NCBI GenBank assembly: GCA_020724885.1
Contig: DYGD01000003.1
Location: 3,103 to 67,102 of the forward strand
Length of the DNA: 64,000 nt
Direction: 5' to 3'
Source: Candidatus Paceibacter sp.
GTDB lineage: Bacteria > Patescibacteriota > Minisyncoccia > Phycocordibacterales > BOKC01
The notes beneath the pieces were generated by a model. It worked only from the letters and a program-made list of their open reading frames with translations. It ran no database searches and was not told where the DNA came from. Of this stretch, positions 15,010 to 24,024 are shown one piece after another. How positions within the stretch are numbered: position 1 is the first letter of the stretch; each line of letters opens with the position of its first letter. A program made the position numbers and the translations under genes.

Positions 15010-17511
15010 TTAGTCAAGAAAAACAAAATCTGCCTCAACTTCAGCTCGATTGAACACCGAATCATAGACAACGGCCTTAAGAGTGTTTTCTCCCTCAAGC
15101 GCTCCAACTTCTACGGGAACAAAAGAGAATGTGAAATTTGGTCCGTTCTCCGAGTTCCCTAAATATCCTTCATTCAAGAAAAATTCGGTTTTAACCCTTG
15201 GATAAAAACCGCCCGTATTCAAACTAACATTGATTCTTTGATTTAAATCAAATCTTGAGCCGGAATTTGGGGTTGAAAAATTAGCAGTTGGAAACCTGGC
15301 GGGAATATGAACATCGTCATACTCTTTCGGCACATCATTTTCAGTTAATTCCTTTATACCCTGCCGCACCACCCACTCTCTGACAGAAAAATCCCAAAGA
15401 GAATATTGAGGGTCTCTTGCGGGGTTGGCCGGCCGTGGCCCTCTCGGCGCATCTTTATCAAGCCAGTGCAAAATTGTTCGGACTTCGCCAATTACAACTT
15501 CTTCCATGGTTTCTTTGGGAGTAAATTCGGTCGCCAACTTACCGGAAATCCTGTCAATGAAAAAGGACTCCCCGCCCTGCCAAATCCCCCTAAGAACGGG
15601 TTTCAGATCTTCCGTTTCGGTCGGCATATCAGGCAAAGGGTTGGAAAATCTTTCGTCCGGAAAAAGAGGCAGGACCTCATCCATAAATGCTCTCCAAAAA
15701 GGCGCGATTATAAAACCAGCGATCTGCTTTTCCATTGGCCTATTATCATTATTGCCTGCCCAAGCGCCAACCGCCAAGCCGGGTGTATAGCCGACAATCC
15801 AAGCATCGCGATAATCATTAGTGGTTCCTGTTTTGACCGCTACCTGCCGGGTCTGAAAATTCAAAGGAGAATTTTGGCCAAAAGCCGGGGCCCGGGCGGT
15901 GTTATCAGACAAAACGTCAGAAATTTTCCTAGCAATATTTTCTTGAAGCACGATTCTCGGCTCAACATTCGCCTTTTCCAAAATTTTGCCAGAGGAATCA
16001 GAAATTTCCAATACGCTGTTATAAGGGATTCTTACCCCATCATTGGCAAACACCCCATACGCGCTCACCAGATCAAGCAAGGACACCTCGCCACCACCCA
16101 AAACCAGTGTTAGTCCGTACTGATTGGCATCTTTCAAATTCTGAATTCCCATTGCTCGAGCCAAGCTCAAGGTCTGTTGCAAACCAGCAAGATAAAGAGT
16201 TTTAACCGAGGGAACATTAACCGACTGCGCCAGCGCTTCTCTCATTGTCATTGGCCCACGAAATACATTGTCATAGTTTTGTGGAGCATAACAATTTACA
16301 CCAACACCTTGGGGCGAACAGCCGGCGGTAAAAACGGTCGGCAAATCAAATAAAGAGGTCTCCGGGGTGTAGCCCTTGTTGAAGGCGGCGGCATAGGCAA
16401 ACGGCTTGAAAGCAGAGCCCGGCTGACGATAAGCGGTAGCAACATTAAAATTGCCGTCTATCTCCTCATCAAAATAATCACGAGAACCAACCATCGTCAG
16501 AATCTCACCCGTCTTTGGAGAAACTGCGACCAAAGATATGTTTTCTGCATTAAAATCAACCGTGTTGCGCAGAGCGAAGTTTTTTGCCAAATCTTCGGCT
16601 TTTTTTTGAATTTCATAATCAAGAGTGGTTATAACCTTGAGACCTCCAGTTTCCAAAACCTGCTGGCCGTATTTTTCCTCCAAGGTTTCTTTCACAAACA
16701 TAACAAAATGTGGGGCCTTTATTCCGGCATCCTCCCGCGACCTAAATTCAGTTTTCTCTTCCAAAGCCCGCTCGTATTCTTCTGTGTTAATAAAACCGTG
16801 ACGCAACATTTCTCTTAAAACCAGATTTTTTCTGTTTTCCAACCTTTCTCTGTTAGCCGGCTGGTAAGGAGAATAAAAAGACGGGGCCTGCGGTAGGGCC
16901 GCTAAATAAGCGGCCTCAACCAAAGTTACCTCGGATGCCTTTTTTCCGAAAAAAGCGCTGGAGGCCTCTTCAACTCCATACAAGTTTCCGCCATAAGGGC
17001 TTTCGTTTAAATATATCGCTAGGATCTCGTCTTTGGTTAAAACATTTTCAAGTTTTACCGCCAAAACCCATTCTTTGATTTTTCTGGAAATTCTTTTTTC
17101 TGTGGTCAAAAGAGAGTTTTTAATAACTTGTTGAGTAATTGTTGAACCGCCCTGCCTGAAACCCAGAGAACCAATGTTCACCAAAATAGCCCTAATAGTA
17201 GAGCGGATCTGGACACCGCCATGATTGTAAAAATCAGCATCTTCTATAGCCAAAGTCGCTTTCTTTATGTGCTCCGAAATTTCCTCAATCGGCACAATCG
17301 TCCTTTTAATATTTTGTGACAGGTCAAACAAAAGAGTTTCGCCAGTTCTATCATATATTTTAGTAGATTGGGCTAAAATTCTCTGATTAAAAGATTGCAG
17401 GTCTGGAATTTTAAAGGTTGAAATCCAAACAGCCAAAAAACCAGCCGCTAAAAAGCCGGCGATCAAAACGCATATTGCTAAAATTTTAATTTTTGATTTT
17501 AAACCTCTCAT
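15010..17511 (-). CDS. penicillin-binding protein 1A-type bifunctional transglycosylase/transpeptidase with C-terminal extension
   Basis: N-terminal TM anchor, GT51 motifs (EDADFYNHGGV, GGSTITQQVIKN, RKIKEWVLAVKLE), transpeptidase SAFKPF...SVN...KTGTTND; start set at internal ATG 17511. Confidence 0.85.
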   Translation of the reverse strand: MRGLKSKIKILAICVLIAGFLAAGFLAVWISTFKIPDLQSFNQRILAQSTKIYDRTGETLLFDLSQNIKRTIVPIEEISEHIKKATLAIEDADFYNHGGVQIRSTIRAILVNIGSLGFRQGGSTITQQVIKNSLLTTEKRISRKIKEWVLAVKLENVLTKDEILAIYLNESPYGGNLYGVEEASSAFFGKKASEVTLVEAAYLAALPQAPSFYSPYQPANRERLENRKNLVLREMLRHGFINTEEYERALEEKTEFRSREDAGIKAPHFVMFVKETLEEKYGQQVLETGGLKVITTLDYEIQKKAEDLAKNFALRNTVDFNAENISLVAVSPKTGEILTMVGSRDYFDEEIDGNFNVATAYRQPGSAFKPFAYAAAFNKGYTPETSLFDLPTVFTAGCSPQGVGVNCYAPQNYDNVFRGPMTMREALAQSVNVPSVKTLYLAGLQQTLSLARAMGIQNLKDANQYGLTLVLGGGEVSLLDLVSAYGVFANDGVRIPYNSVLEISDSSGKILEKANVEPRIVLQENIARKISDVLSDNTARAPAFGQNSPLNFQTRQVAVKTGTTNDYRDAWIVGYTPGLAVGAWAGNNDNRPMEKQIAGFIIAPFWRAFMDEVLPLFPDERFSNPLPDMPTETEDLKPVLRGIWQGGESFFIDRISGKLATEFTPKETMEEVVIGEVRTILHWLDKDAPRGPRPANPARDPQYSLWDFSVREWVVRQGIKELTENDVPKEYDDVHIPARFPTANFSTPNSGSRFDLNQRINVSLNTGGFYPRVKTEFFLNEGYLGNSENGPNFTFSFVPVEVGALEGENTLKAVVYDSVFNRAEVEADFVFLD

Positions 17512-17647
17512 GTGTTCAAAAAACCCACAAAAACAAATATTAGCACGAATCAACAAATATGATACATTTATAAGCGACGCCAAGCGAGAACGAAGGCCTG
17601 CCAGATAACTAATCTCGCCCATCAAATAAGCAACACAAAATTCTCAA

Positions 17648-19060
17648 ATGCTAAAAAACAAGAACAGACAAGAAGTTGATGATTTTTTCACACGAGGAGT
17701 TCGCGATGTAATTGACCCGGACGGGGCTTTCAAGCGCAAACTAGAAAGTGTGCTGGATGGTCAAAATAAGAGAGAAATCATCGTCAAGTGGGGGGTAGAC
17801 CCAACCAGTCCCGATATTCATATAGGACACGCTGTAGTTTTAAGAAAACTAAGACAACTTCAGGAGTTTGGTTGCAAGATCGTCTTCTTGGTGGGCGACT
17901 TCACCTCCCTTATCGGCGATCCAACTGGTAAAAACGTAACTCGTCCAGAAATTGAACAGAAGGTGGTCGAAGAAAATATGAACACCTATCTGAAGCAGAT
18001 AGAAAAGATTCTGAGAACAGAAAAGGAGGTTTTTTCGTGGATAAGAAATTCCGACTGGTTCACCTCGCCGACAGATTTAAACTTGCCGGAAACTTACAAA
18101 GTAAATTTAGAAGTAAATCAAAACAATCAAAAAATAAACGTTCCTATCGCTCCAAATTCTTTTGTCGGCAAGGCAATTGTGTTTGAAAAAACAAGAATGC
18201 AACTTTCGGAGAACACTAAAAACAAAGTGGCGGTTGTCACTTTAAAAAATTTCCTCTGGTTTCTAAAAAAATTAACTCATGCCCGCCTTATTGAACGAGA
18301 CATGTTTCAGGAAAGAATCAGATCGGGCAGAGAGCTGTATATGCATGAGCTGGCCTATCCAATTTTGCAAGGCATTGACTCCCACATAATATCGGAAATT
18401 TACGGGAGTTGCGATCTGGAAGTTGGTGGCAGCGATCAGACCTTCAATATGCTTTGCGGTCGGGAGATAATGAAAAACAACGGTCAGGAACCGCAAGCGG
18501 TTATCACCTTTGAACTCCTTGAGGGGACCGATGGTAAAGAAAAAATGAGCAAAAGTTTAAATAATTATATTGGCATCAACGAGCCGGCAGAAGAAATTTT
18601 TGGGAAAACCATGTCCATACCGGATACCCTTATCATCAAGTATTTCAATCTGTGCACCTACACCCCACGACAAGAGATTGAAGAAATTGAAGAAAAAATA
18701 AACTCTGGAAAGATCAACCCCAGAGATGCAAAAATGCGTTTGGCAAAGGAGATTGTTTCAATCTACCATGGCTCAAGCTCGGCAGAGGAGTCAGAAAAAA
18801 ACTTCTTAAAAGTTTTCCAAAAAAAAGAGGCGCCCGATAATCCGGAAGAGTTGGGGGCAGAAACTGATGAATTTTTATCTGAAATTTTAACTAAAAATAA
18901 ATTTGTAAAATCCAAATCTGATTTCCAACGACTTGCCCGGGCCGGAGCAATTGAAAATGTGGAAACCGGTGAAAAAATCACCGACCGGTTTTTCAAAATA
19001 AAAGAAAAAACTTATCTCAAAATAGGCAAAAAGAAATTTGTCAGAATAAACCCCAGATAA
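17648..19060 (+). CDS. tyrS: tyrosine--tRNA ligase
   Basis: Class I motifs: GVDPTSPDIHIGHAV (HIGH) and KMSKS; GDFTSLIGDPTGK TyrRS signature; C-terminal S4-like domain. Confidence 0.8.
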   Translation: MLKNKNRQEVDDFFTRGVRDVIDPDGAFKRKLESVLDGQNKREIIVKWGVDPTSPDIHIGHAVVLRKLRQLQEFGCKIVFLVGDFTSLIGDPTGKNVTRPEIEQKVVEENMNTYLKQIEKILRTEKEVFSWIRNSDWFTSPTDLNLPETYKVNLEVNQNNQKINVPIAPNSFVGKAIVFEKTRMQLSENTKNKVAVVTLKNFLWFLKKLTHARLIERDMFQERIRSGRELYMHELAYPILQGIDSHIISEIYGSCDLEVGGSDQTFNMLCGREIMKNNGQEPQAVITFELLEGTDGKEKMSKSLNNYIGINEPAEEIFGKTMSIPDTLIIKYFNLCTYTPRQEIEEIEEKINSGKINPRDAKMRLAKEIVSIYHGSSSAEESEKNFLKVFQKKEAPDNPEELGAETDEFLSEILTKNKFVKSKSDFQRLARAGAIENVETGEKITDRFFKIKEKTYLKIGKKKFVRINPR

Positions 19061-19117
19061 ATTCTCTTCTCGTTCTATTTTAGCTCGGAGGATGAGAAGG
19101 CGAGTATCGACAAAAAA

Positions 19118-19150
19118 CAAACACCCCGCTTCAGCGGGGTGTTTGTTTTT
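19118..19150. terminator. bidirectional hairpin terminator (AAACACCCCGCT-tcag-CGGGGTGTTT)
   Basis: Between convergent tyrS (+) and the small acidic ORF/ruvC (-); A-run and T-run on both sides. Confidence 0.7.
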
Positions 19151-19272
19151 TACATTTCTTCTTCGTCATCCTCCTCGTCTTCGTCGTCAGAATCATCTCC
19201 ATCATCGACCGTAGCAGAATCATCGGGGGTTTCCTCATCCGCGCTCATCAAATCATCATGGTCACTATCCAT
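19150..19272 (-). CDS. putative small highly acidic protein (40 aa; MDSDHDDLMSADEETPDDSATVDDGDDSDDEDEEDDEEEM)
   Basis: Short ORF between ruvC and the terminator; weak RBS. The track's 94-aa version starts inside ruvC and is less plausible. The opposite frame is a poly-Ser artefact. Confidence 0.25.
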   Translation of the reverse strand: MDSDHDDLMSADEETPDDSATVDDGDDSDDEDEEDDEEEM

Positions 19273-19396
19273 ATTCTTAGATTTCTTAAAAATTATAAGT
19301 TGGCGACCACCTCCACAGGTAGCTGGAGGTAAATCATTTTTACCAAATTTGGATTTTATTGTAAACAGCCCAAACCCCCAGTGTGGATAACAAAAA

Positions 19397-19900
19397 CTAG
19401 ACGGGTTGGTTTTTAAAATTTTTAAGATGGGCAAACGCGGTCAAGCCGACTGCGACAGCATCATATTCATCATCCTTCAATCCGTCCGGCTTTGTCATTT
19501 TAACAAGTTTTTTGACCATCACTTCAATCTGGCCCTTGTCGCTTCGGCCATATCCGGTAACGGCAACCTTTATCTGTAGAGGGGAATACTGGACCACACG
19601 AACACTCGCCTTCATGGCCTCGTATATCACCACCCCTCTAACTTCAGCAACCTGAAAAGCTGTCTTTTGGTTTTTATTGAAAAAAAGTTTTTCAATGGCC
19701 AAAAGATCTGGAGAAAATTTGCCAATTAACCTTTCAATCTCCCGACCAACCAATAGACACTTTTTTTCAAAGCTGTCGGACTTTTTGGCGGGGGGAGAGA
19801 AACAGTCGGAATACAGCAATTTTTCTCTGCCGTCTGGTTGTCGCTCCAAAACCGCCAAACCAAGGCGGTCATAACCAGGATCAACTGATAAAATCACCAT
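19397..19900 (-). CDS. ruvC: crossover junction endodeoxyribonuclease RuvC
   Basis: 167 aa; MVILSVDPGYDRLGLAVLE... with catalytic Asp in DPG and RNase H-like fold motifs. Confidence 0.85.
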   Translation of the reverse strand: MVILSVDPGYDRLGLAVLERQPDGREKLLYSDCFSPPAKKSDSFEKKCLLVGREIERLIGKFSPDLLAIEKLFFNKNQKTAFQVAEVRGVVIYEAMKASVRVVQYSPLQIKVAVTGYGRSDKGQIEVMVKKLVKMTKPDGLKDDEYDAVAVGLTAFAHLKNFKNQPV

Positions 19901-19907
19901 ATTAGAT

Positions 19908-21008
19908 TTAACGGTTCATCGGCATCACTAAATAAAGAAAACTTTTGTCGCCGACACCCCTTATAACCATTGGTTTGGAAACATCATTTAATGACACAGA
20001 AACGCTGTCGGCGGTTAAAGAATTCAAGCAGTCAGAGACGTATTTCAAATTGAAACTGATATCTATGTCTTTACCGGAAAGAGCCGCGTCGATGCTGTAA
20101 ATATTTTCTCCTAGTTCGGTATTTTTTGTTTTCATTTCAAAAACCTTTTTTACCGGATAAATCACTAAATTTATTTGGTTGAATTTATCAGACATGACGT
20201 TAGCTAACTTTAGAGAAGAAGCCAAATCTTGCCTCAAAACAACTGCTTCTGTTTCAAACTCTTTTGGAATTATTTGCTTATAATCCGGAAAAGTGCTGTC
20301 AACAAGGCGCGAGGTTATGTAAGTCCCGCCGGAACTCAAGGATATTTGATTTTTATCAATAAAAACAGAAACATCTCCACCTTCTCCGTCAAGAATTCGG
20401 GTGATTTCCAAGGCGTTTTTATACGGCAGAAGAACGTTACCAAAATCCTTTGACTGCTTTAACTTGATTCTTTTTTCTGCCAACCTAAACGAATCTGTTG
20501 CGGCAAAGACCAAATCTTCCGAATCGCTATAAATAAAAACACTTGAAAGCTCTGGTTTGATTGATGACTGGGTTGAGCTGTACCAGACGGCCTTTAAGCC
20601 ATTTACAAAATCAGAAGCTGGCATATTAAACGGCTCGGATTTTGTTTCTGGAATACTTGGAAAATCATTTGGGTCTTTGGTTTTTATTGTCGCGAAATTT
20701 TTATTTGTCGTAAGTTTAACCTCGCCGTTAGACCCCTCAAATTTTATATTTTTGGTCTCCGGTAAGTTGCCAATCAAATTTATCAAAACCTCTCCCGGTA
20801 CTGCAACTACCCCGGGGGTTTCTGTTTTTACCGGGACCTCCAACCTGATTCCGATATCCAGGTTTGTCGCTTTTATAATCAATCGATTATTTTTATTTTC
20901 CAAAAGAAAACAACTTAGCACTGGCAACCCAGGATTTCTGTTGGTTGCGATTTTTCCGGCTTTAGTTATGGCGTCTAGTAATTTATCTTTTATACATTCA
21001 AATTTCAT
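19908..21008 (-). CDS. dnaN: DNA polymerase III beta sliding clamp
   Basis: 366 aa; MKFECIKDKLLDAITKAGKIATNRNPGLPVLSCFLLE typical DnaN N-terminus; three-domain length. Confidence 0.85.
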   Translation of the reverse strand: MKFECIKDKLLDAITKAGKIATNRNPGLPVLSCFLLENKNNRLIIKATNLDIGIRLEVPVKTETPGVVAVPGEVLINLIGNLPETKNIKFEGSNGEVKLTTNKNFATIKTKDPNDFPSIPETKSEPFNMPASDFVNGLKAVWYSSTQSSIKPELSSVFIYSDSEDLVFAATDSFRLAEKRIKLKQSKDFGNVLLPYKNALEITRILDGEGGDVSVFIDKNQISLSSGGTYITSRLVDSTFPDYKQIIPKEFETEAVVLRQDLASSLKLANVMSDKFNQINLVIYPVKKVFEMKTKNTELGENIYSIDAALSGKDIDISFNLKYVSDCLNSLTADSVSVSLNDVSKPMVIRGVGDKSFLYLVMPMNR

Positions 21009-21215
21009 TTATTTTTATTATTAGCTATGTTGATAAGTGGAAAAGTTTTAAAATGTTTCAAAATAAGGTTTTTTTGTTGTTTTTCGTGTGTATAAACACT
21101 GGAAAACTGGTGGCTTGTTTTTAATAAGGTGTTGAATTAATTTTTAAATTTACAAACGACATTTTTAATGAACATTTTTCCCAACTTTTCTCAACAGCTT
21201 TTCCAGGCCAGTTTT

Positions 21216-22565
21216 TTAATTTATCATTGTTCGCAGTTGGTCTATTTCTTTGCATAAATTGCTGTCGTGTCGCATCTCCGCTTTTATTTTTTCGCAGGAA
21301 TGGATCACGGTGGTGTGGTCCCTCCCCCCCATCTTTTCACCTATAGAGGGATACGAAATTCCGAAATCCTCTCTCAATAAAAACATCACTATTTGTCTCG
21401 GACGAATTACCTCTTTTTTTCTGGTTTTTTCATAGATTGTGTTTTCTTCCATATTATAGAAATCAGAGACAATTCTGGCGACCTCTTTGACCGACAGCGT
21501 CTTTTTCGGCTTGGAACTGTGTCTCAATAGATTTTTGACCTCTCCAAGAGTAAGCTCCTTGTTTTTTATTTGGTGGTGGCACGAAATAGCGTTGAGGGCA
21601 CCTTCAAGCTCTCGAACATTTGTGGTGATACTTGAAACTATAAAGTCAACGACTTCCTGAGCCAACTCTATTCCCAGATTTTTTGCCTTGGATCTAAGGA
21701 TGGCTGCCCTTGATTCGTGATCTGGGGTCGGGATATCGACTATCATTCCGGCGCTGAACCTAGATTTCAAACGGTCCTCCATATCGGGAATAAAGTTCGG
21801 GTGTTTGTCCGAAGAAAAAATTATTTGTTTATTGCTGTCGTGGATATTATTGAAAAGATGAAAAAGCTCTTCTTGGGTCTTTTCTTTGCTAGATAAAAAT
21901 TGTATGTCATCCATAATCAAAACATCGTATTTTCTGTATTTTTCTTTGAAATTATTTACCTTATTTGCTTGAACAGAACCGATATAATCCATAGCAAACT
22001 TTTCTGATGTCACATAGTGAACTCTTTTTTCCGGATAGGAGTTTTTTATTTGGTTTCCTATCGCTTGAATCAGATGAGTTTTGCCGACGCCGGTGTTGCC
22101 GTAAATGAATAGCGGGTTGTACACCAACCCCGGTTGTTTTACGACCGCCTGTGAGGCCGCGTACGCTAATTCGTTAAAGGGGCCAACCACAAGAGATTCA
22201 AATGTGTATTTTGGATTCAGGTTGTCGTCTTTGTTTATGTAGAGTTCCTCCAAAGGAAGCTCTCTGTTGGGGCTGGTCCTGACTTTGGTTGGCAACTCCT
22301 GTTTTTTCTTGGGGTCGGTTGGTGCGATCGTATACTCCAAAGATCTGATATCACTTGAAAGCCCCCTTAGGATTTTTAGAATGAAGCCGTGATGTTTTGA
22401 GGACAACCAATCCTTAACAAAGGCGTTTGGCACGCTTAAGAACACAGCCCCGCTGTCTTTTTTTAGTATGCGAGTGTCTTTAAACCAAGTGTTAAAATTC
22501 GCTGGAGAAGTGTTCATCTCTATTTCGGCCAAGGTGTTTTCCCATAGTTTTTTTGTGTCATCCAT
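21216..22565 (-). CDS. dnaA: chromosomal replication initiator protein DnaA
   Basis: AAA+ Walker A GNTGVGKTHLIQAIGN, Walker B DVLIMDDIQFL, C-terminal DnaA-box binding HTH (GRDHTTVIHSCEKI); start set to internal ATG 22565 (MDDTKKLWEN...). Confidence 0.9.
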   Translation of the reverse strand: MDDTKKLWENTLAEIEMNTSPANFNTWFKDTRILKKDSGAVFLSVPNAFVKDWLSSKHHGFILKILRGLSSDIRSLEYTIAPTDPKKKQELPTKVRTSPNRELPLEELYINKDDNLNPKYTFESLVVGPFNELAYAASQAVVKQPGLVYNPLFIYGNTGVGKTHLIQAIGNQIKNSYPEKRVHYVTSEKFAMDYIGSVQANKVNNFKEKYRKYDVLIMDDIQFLSSKEKTQEELFHLFNNIHDSNKQIIFSSDKHPNFIPDMEDRLKSRFSAGMIVDIPTPDHESRAAILRSKAKNLGIELAQEVVDFIVSSITTNVRELEGALNAISCHHQIKNKELTLGEVKNLLRHSSKPKKTLSVKEVARIVSDFYNMEENTIYEKTRKKEVIRPRQIVMFLLREDFGISYPSIGEKMGGRDHTTVIHSCEKIKAEMRHDSNLCKEIDQLRTMIN

Positions 22566-22667
22566 AGTGTTTGGGTAATTATATACTCTAGATCTGTTTT
22601 TGAAACTTGTTAAAAGCGTCTGATTATGTTTATAATATGTGAATAAATTGTTAATAAAGTTTAGCCC

Positions 22668-22712
22668 CGTCCTATTCCCGATGCTCTGCATCGGGAATAG
22701 GACGGGGCATCA
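22668..22712. promoter_or_regulatory. 18-bp-stem hairpin (CCCCGTCCTATTCCCGATGC-tc-TGCATCGGGAATAGGACGGGG) in the AT-rich dnaA-rpmH intergenic, candidate oriC region
   Basis: Very stable palindrome inside the 200-bp AT-rich spacer between divergent dnaA and rpmH; near-consensus DnaA box TGTGAATAA at 22638-22646. Confidence 0.4.
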
Positions 22713-22765
22713 GGGTAAATTTTTGTAATAAAATGGCAAAAGCAAATAAATTAAAAAGGAGAAAA

Positions 22766-22867
22766 ATGTCTCGCGCCCACGGCTTTCTGAAGAGAAAAAG
22801 TTCCTCGGGAGGCAAAAAAGTCGTTCGGTCTCGCAGAAGGAAGGGACGCCGGGCGCTTACTAAATAA
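22766..22867 (+). CDS. rpmH: 50S ribosomal protein L34
   Basis: 33-aa MSRAHGFLKRKSSSGGKKVVRSRRRKGRRALTK; not in ORF track (shorter than 60 aa); canonical position upstream of rnpA. Confidence 0.8.
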   Translation: MSRAHGFLKRKSSSGGKKVVRSRRRKGRRALTK

Positions 22868-22917
22868 TCCCCTATCCCGACTTTCGCTAGCGAGGTTTTT
22901 GGGAACTTAATATCATT

Positions 22918-23265
22918 ATGCTACCCCGAGAATATCGGATCAGTAGGGCTCATTTTGCCGATATTTTTAAAAAAGGCCGTTTTTTCTCCGGCCAAAATTT
23001 AACTCTGGTTGTGCTGAAAAAACCGGAATCGGCTAAAAAGAGTAGCCGCTTTGCTTTTTCGGTGTCCAAAAAAGTCAGCAATAAGGCGGTGGTTAGGAAT
23101 AAGTTAAGGCGACGTGGTTATGAGGCCGTCGGAGAGCTGATTTCCCAAGTAAAATCTGGTTTTTTGGCAGTTTTTGTTTTAAAAAAGGGTGCCGAAAAAC
23201 TGAAATTTGAAGAATATAAAAAAGAAATAAAAGGACTTTTGATTAAATCGGGCTTGACAAAATAA
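22918..23265 (+). CDS. rnpA: ribonuclease P protein component
   Basis: 115 aa basic protein; MLPREYRISRAHFADIFKKG...FAFSVSKKVSNKAVVRNKLRRRGYEAV typical RnpA. Confidence 0.85.
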   Translation: MLPREYRISRAHFADIFKKGRFFSGQNLTLVVLKKPESAKKSSRFAFSVSKKVSNKAVVRNKLRRRGYEAVGELISQVKSGFLAVFVLKKGAEKLKFEEYKKEIKGLLIKSGLTK

Positions 23266-23357
23266 CAGAATTTGGTATCTTGTTAGCGGAAATGCACCCA
23301 GACGAAGGCGTGTTGCCTTTGTCGGACAGAACAAACGAACCCTGTCAGGAGATAGAA

Positions 23358-23762
23358 ATGCCAAGGTTTACCCTGAATTTTCGAGACGGAACCACCGGGG
23401 TAGTGGATGGGGAGACCATCAGTGATGCCTGCAGAATCTACAACCATCGGCCGGTTCATGTTCTCGCAGATCTTCAAAACTACACCACGGAAGATGGCCA
23501 AGAAGTTCCTGTGGCCGGAATCGCAGACTGTGGTTGCTTCTACCACGCGGAGCGGGGTGAAGCATGCCGCCACGATCTCGAAAAGGCCGGGATCATTACA
23601 GCCAGCGACAATGGCTGTGATACGGACGAGCATGACCGCCGTGATTTTGAGTGCGGTCCGCAACTTCTCGATCCGGCGCTTCGCGGTCTTGATGCTAGCA
23701 AAGTGCCGGCGGAGAGGCCGGAGGAATGCTTTCCGGGCGATGCCCAACGCAGGAATGCGTAA
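23358..23762 (+). CDS. hypothetical acidic Cys-containing protein (135 aa) in a G+C-rich island between rnpA and yidC
   Basis: AGGAGA RBS 6 nt upstream of ATG 23358; followed by a Rho-independent terminator; MPRFTLNFRDGTTGVVDGETISDACRIYNHRPVHVLADLQNYTTEDGQEV...; the competing minus-strand ORF 23283-23825 is Arg-rich at its N-terminus (alternate-frame artefact). Confidence 0.45.
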   Translation: MPRFTLNFRDGTTGVVDGETISDACRIYNHRPVHVLADLQNYTTEDGQEVPVAGIADCGCFYHAERGEACRHDLEKAGIITASDNGCDTDEHDRRDFECGPQLLDPALRGLDASKVPAERPEECFPGDAQRRNA

Positions 23763-23787
23763 GTGTCGATCTGAGCAGGTTCCTAAA

Positions 23788-23839
23788 CCGTACGCGACAC
23801 GCAAACGAAAGTTTGCTCCGCGCACGGTTTTTTCTTTTT
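23788..23839 (+). terminator. Rho-independent terminator after the island-b ORF
   Basis: CCGTACGCG...CGCGCACGG stem followed by TTTTTTCTTTTT. Confidence 0.6.
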
Positions 23840-23890
23840 ATTGCAATTCGTCAATCCCAAAAGATTGACTTAAATTTCACTTGCTATAAT

Positions 23891-23924
23891 TCCACTAATT
23901 TTCCCGATCGGGAAAATTAGTGGA
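23891..23924. promoter_or_regulatory. perfect 34-bp palindrome TCCACTAATTTTCCCGA|TCGGGAAAATTAGTGGA abutting a TATAAT -10 element upstream of yidC
   Basis: 17-bp perfect arms centred on CGATCG, starting 1 nt after TATAAT (23885-23890); TTGACT at 23865-23870. Confidence 0.5.
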
Positions 23925-24024
23925 ATTAGAGTGTAACGAATCGCTTAGAATTTTATCAACATTCAGATTAGGAACAAGTCGATATAAAATTGTAATTTTA
24001 AGGCAAATGATTTAAAATAGCCGA

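Noticed and set aside
15406-16113. 235-aa plus-strand ORF inside the PBP1A gene, and similar antisense ORFs inside rny (57854-58345), VirB6 (33739-34299), cca (63014-63409, 63534-63908) and polA (8392-8763)
   Set aside because: Fully embedded antisense to well-supported long genes; no independent signals.
19139-19390. Poly-Ser ORF (MFVFYISSSSSSSSSSSESS...) on the plus strand
   Set aside because: Antisense of the acidic micro-ORF (GA-rich repeat read in the other direction); no RBS.
23283-23868. Minus-strand 180-aa ORF and plus-strand 153-aa ORF overlapping the island-b gene
   Set aside because: Arg-rich N-termini and no RBS; the plus-strand 23358-23762 ORF has an AGGAGA RBS and its own terminator. 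The strand choice remains somewhat uncertain.
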